This document shows positions 63,479 through 64,000 of a stretch of 64,000 bases of DNA, one piece after another (within the stretch, counting starts at the first letter, position 1; each line of letters begins with the position of its first letter). Origin of the DNA: Candidatus Latescibacterota bacterium. GTDB taxonomy: Bacteria > Latescibacterota > UBA2968. A model generated the notes under the pieces. That model was not told the origin of the DNA, searched no databases, and saw only the letters and a program-made list of their open reading frames with translations. Both the position numbers and the translations under genes were made by a program. The DNA lies in NCBI GenBank assembly GCA_965208125.1, contig OZ242320.1:864001-928000 (forward strand). Reading direction: 5' to 3'.

Positions 63479-64000
63479 GTGGCTGAATTGACAGAACGCC
63501 CGGTGATTGGAATAACCGTGGGCGATCCTGCGGGAATTGGACCAGAGGTTGTGATCAAGGCACTGCGTGAACCGGCACTTTATAACAATGTAAAGCCTCT
63601 GGTCTTTGCCGACCGATCAGTTTTGGAGCAAACGGTAAACATGCTAAGTGTGGATATGGATCTGCACGCCGTAAACAATCCGCGCAACGGACATTATGAA
63701 GCCGGGTGTATCGACTTTATTGACATTGAGAGCTTGTCTGAGCCGATTGCCTATAGTCAGATCTCTGCCGAAGGTGGTCGGGCGGGATATCAATATCTGG
63801 ACCGGGCAATTGACGCGGCTCTTTCAGGTACCATAGTCGGCCTGGCCACAGCACCACTGAACAAAGAATCATTACAGGCTGCAAAGCTACCTTATATCGA
63901 CCACACAGCGATGCTCAATGCGCGAGCGGCGTTGCGAGTGCCGATGACGCTATTTTTGGTAAAAAATTTGAAAATCTTCTTTCTCACCCGACACATTTCC
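63479..64000 (+). CDS. pdxA: 4-hydroxythreonine-4-phosphate dehydrogenase PdxA family (3'-partial)
   Basis: GTG after AGGAGG; RPVIGITVGDPAGIGPEVVIK, TAPLNKES; frame open to the window end. Confidence 0.85.
   Translation, partial: MAELTERPVIGITVGDPAGIGPEVVIKALREPALYNNVKPLVFADRSVLEQTVNMLSVDMDLHAVNNPRNGHYEAGCIDFIDIESLSEPIAYSQISAEGGRAGYQYLDRAIDAALSGTIVGLATAPLNKESLQAAKLPYIDHTAMLNARAALRVPMTLFLVKNLKIFFLTRHIS

Overview
64 kb bacterial chromosomal window, mostly housekeeping genes: an ECF sigma fusion, form-II cox-like SLM+G molybdoenzyme genes, cysK, ruvCAB/tsaB/rimI/yebC, prpBCD, an EF-G2 paralogue, a complete rrn operon (16S, tRNA-Ile, tRNA-Ala, 23S, 5S), hemL, tRNA-Arg, uvrA, rfbB, bioF, trmJ and pdxA. 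The PhyH dioxygenase, GH29, Uma2, AAA_14/DUF4143 and pentapeptide genes suggest an uncultured, possibly host-associated lineage (inference only). A ~14 kb co-oriented minus-strand accessory island (~39.2-53.2 kb) looks like a defence locus. Its order is XRE-ImmA/IrrE regulator, ABC-type ATPase plus TOPRIM-like partner, small orphan TA-partner gene, membrane pentapeptide-repeat protein, orphan antitoxin with toxin remnant, single-chain SIR2-APAZ-Argonaute, Type III Mod, a DUF6979-like gene, Type III Res, a 338-bp TIR-bounded element and an orphan RHH antitoxin. The most notable items are the NADase-Argonaute tightly linked to a Type III R-M cassette, an in-frame Lnt-TatC fusion, an EF-G2 with degenerate GTPase motifs, and a 16S gene with 4 mismatches to probe EUB338. 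All family calls come from motif recognition by eye; no database search was run.
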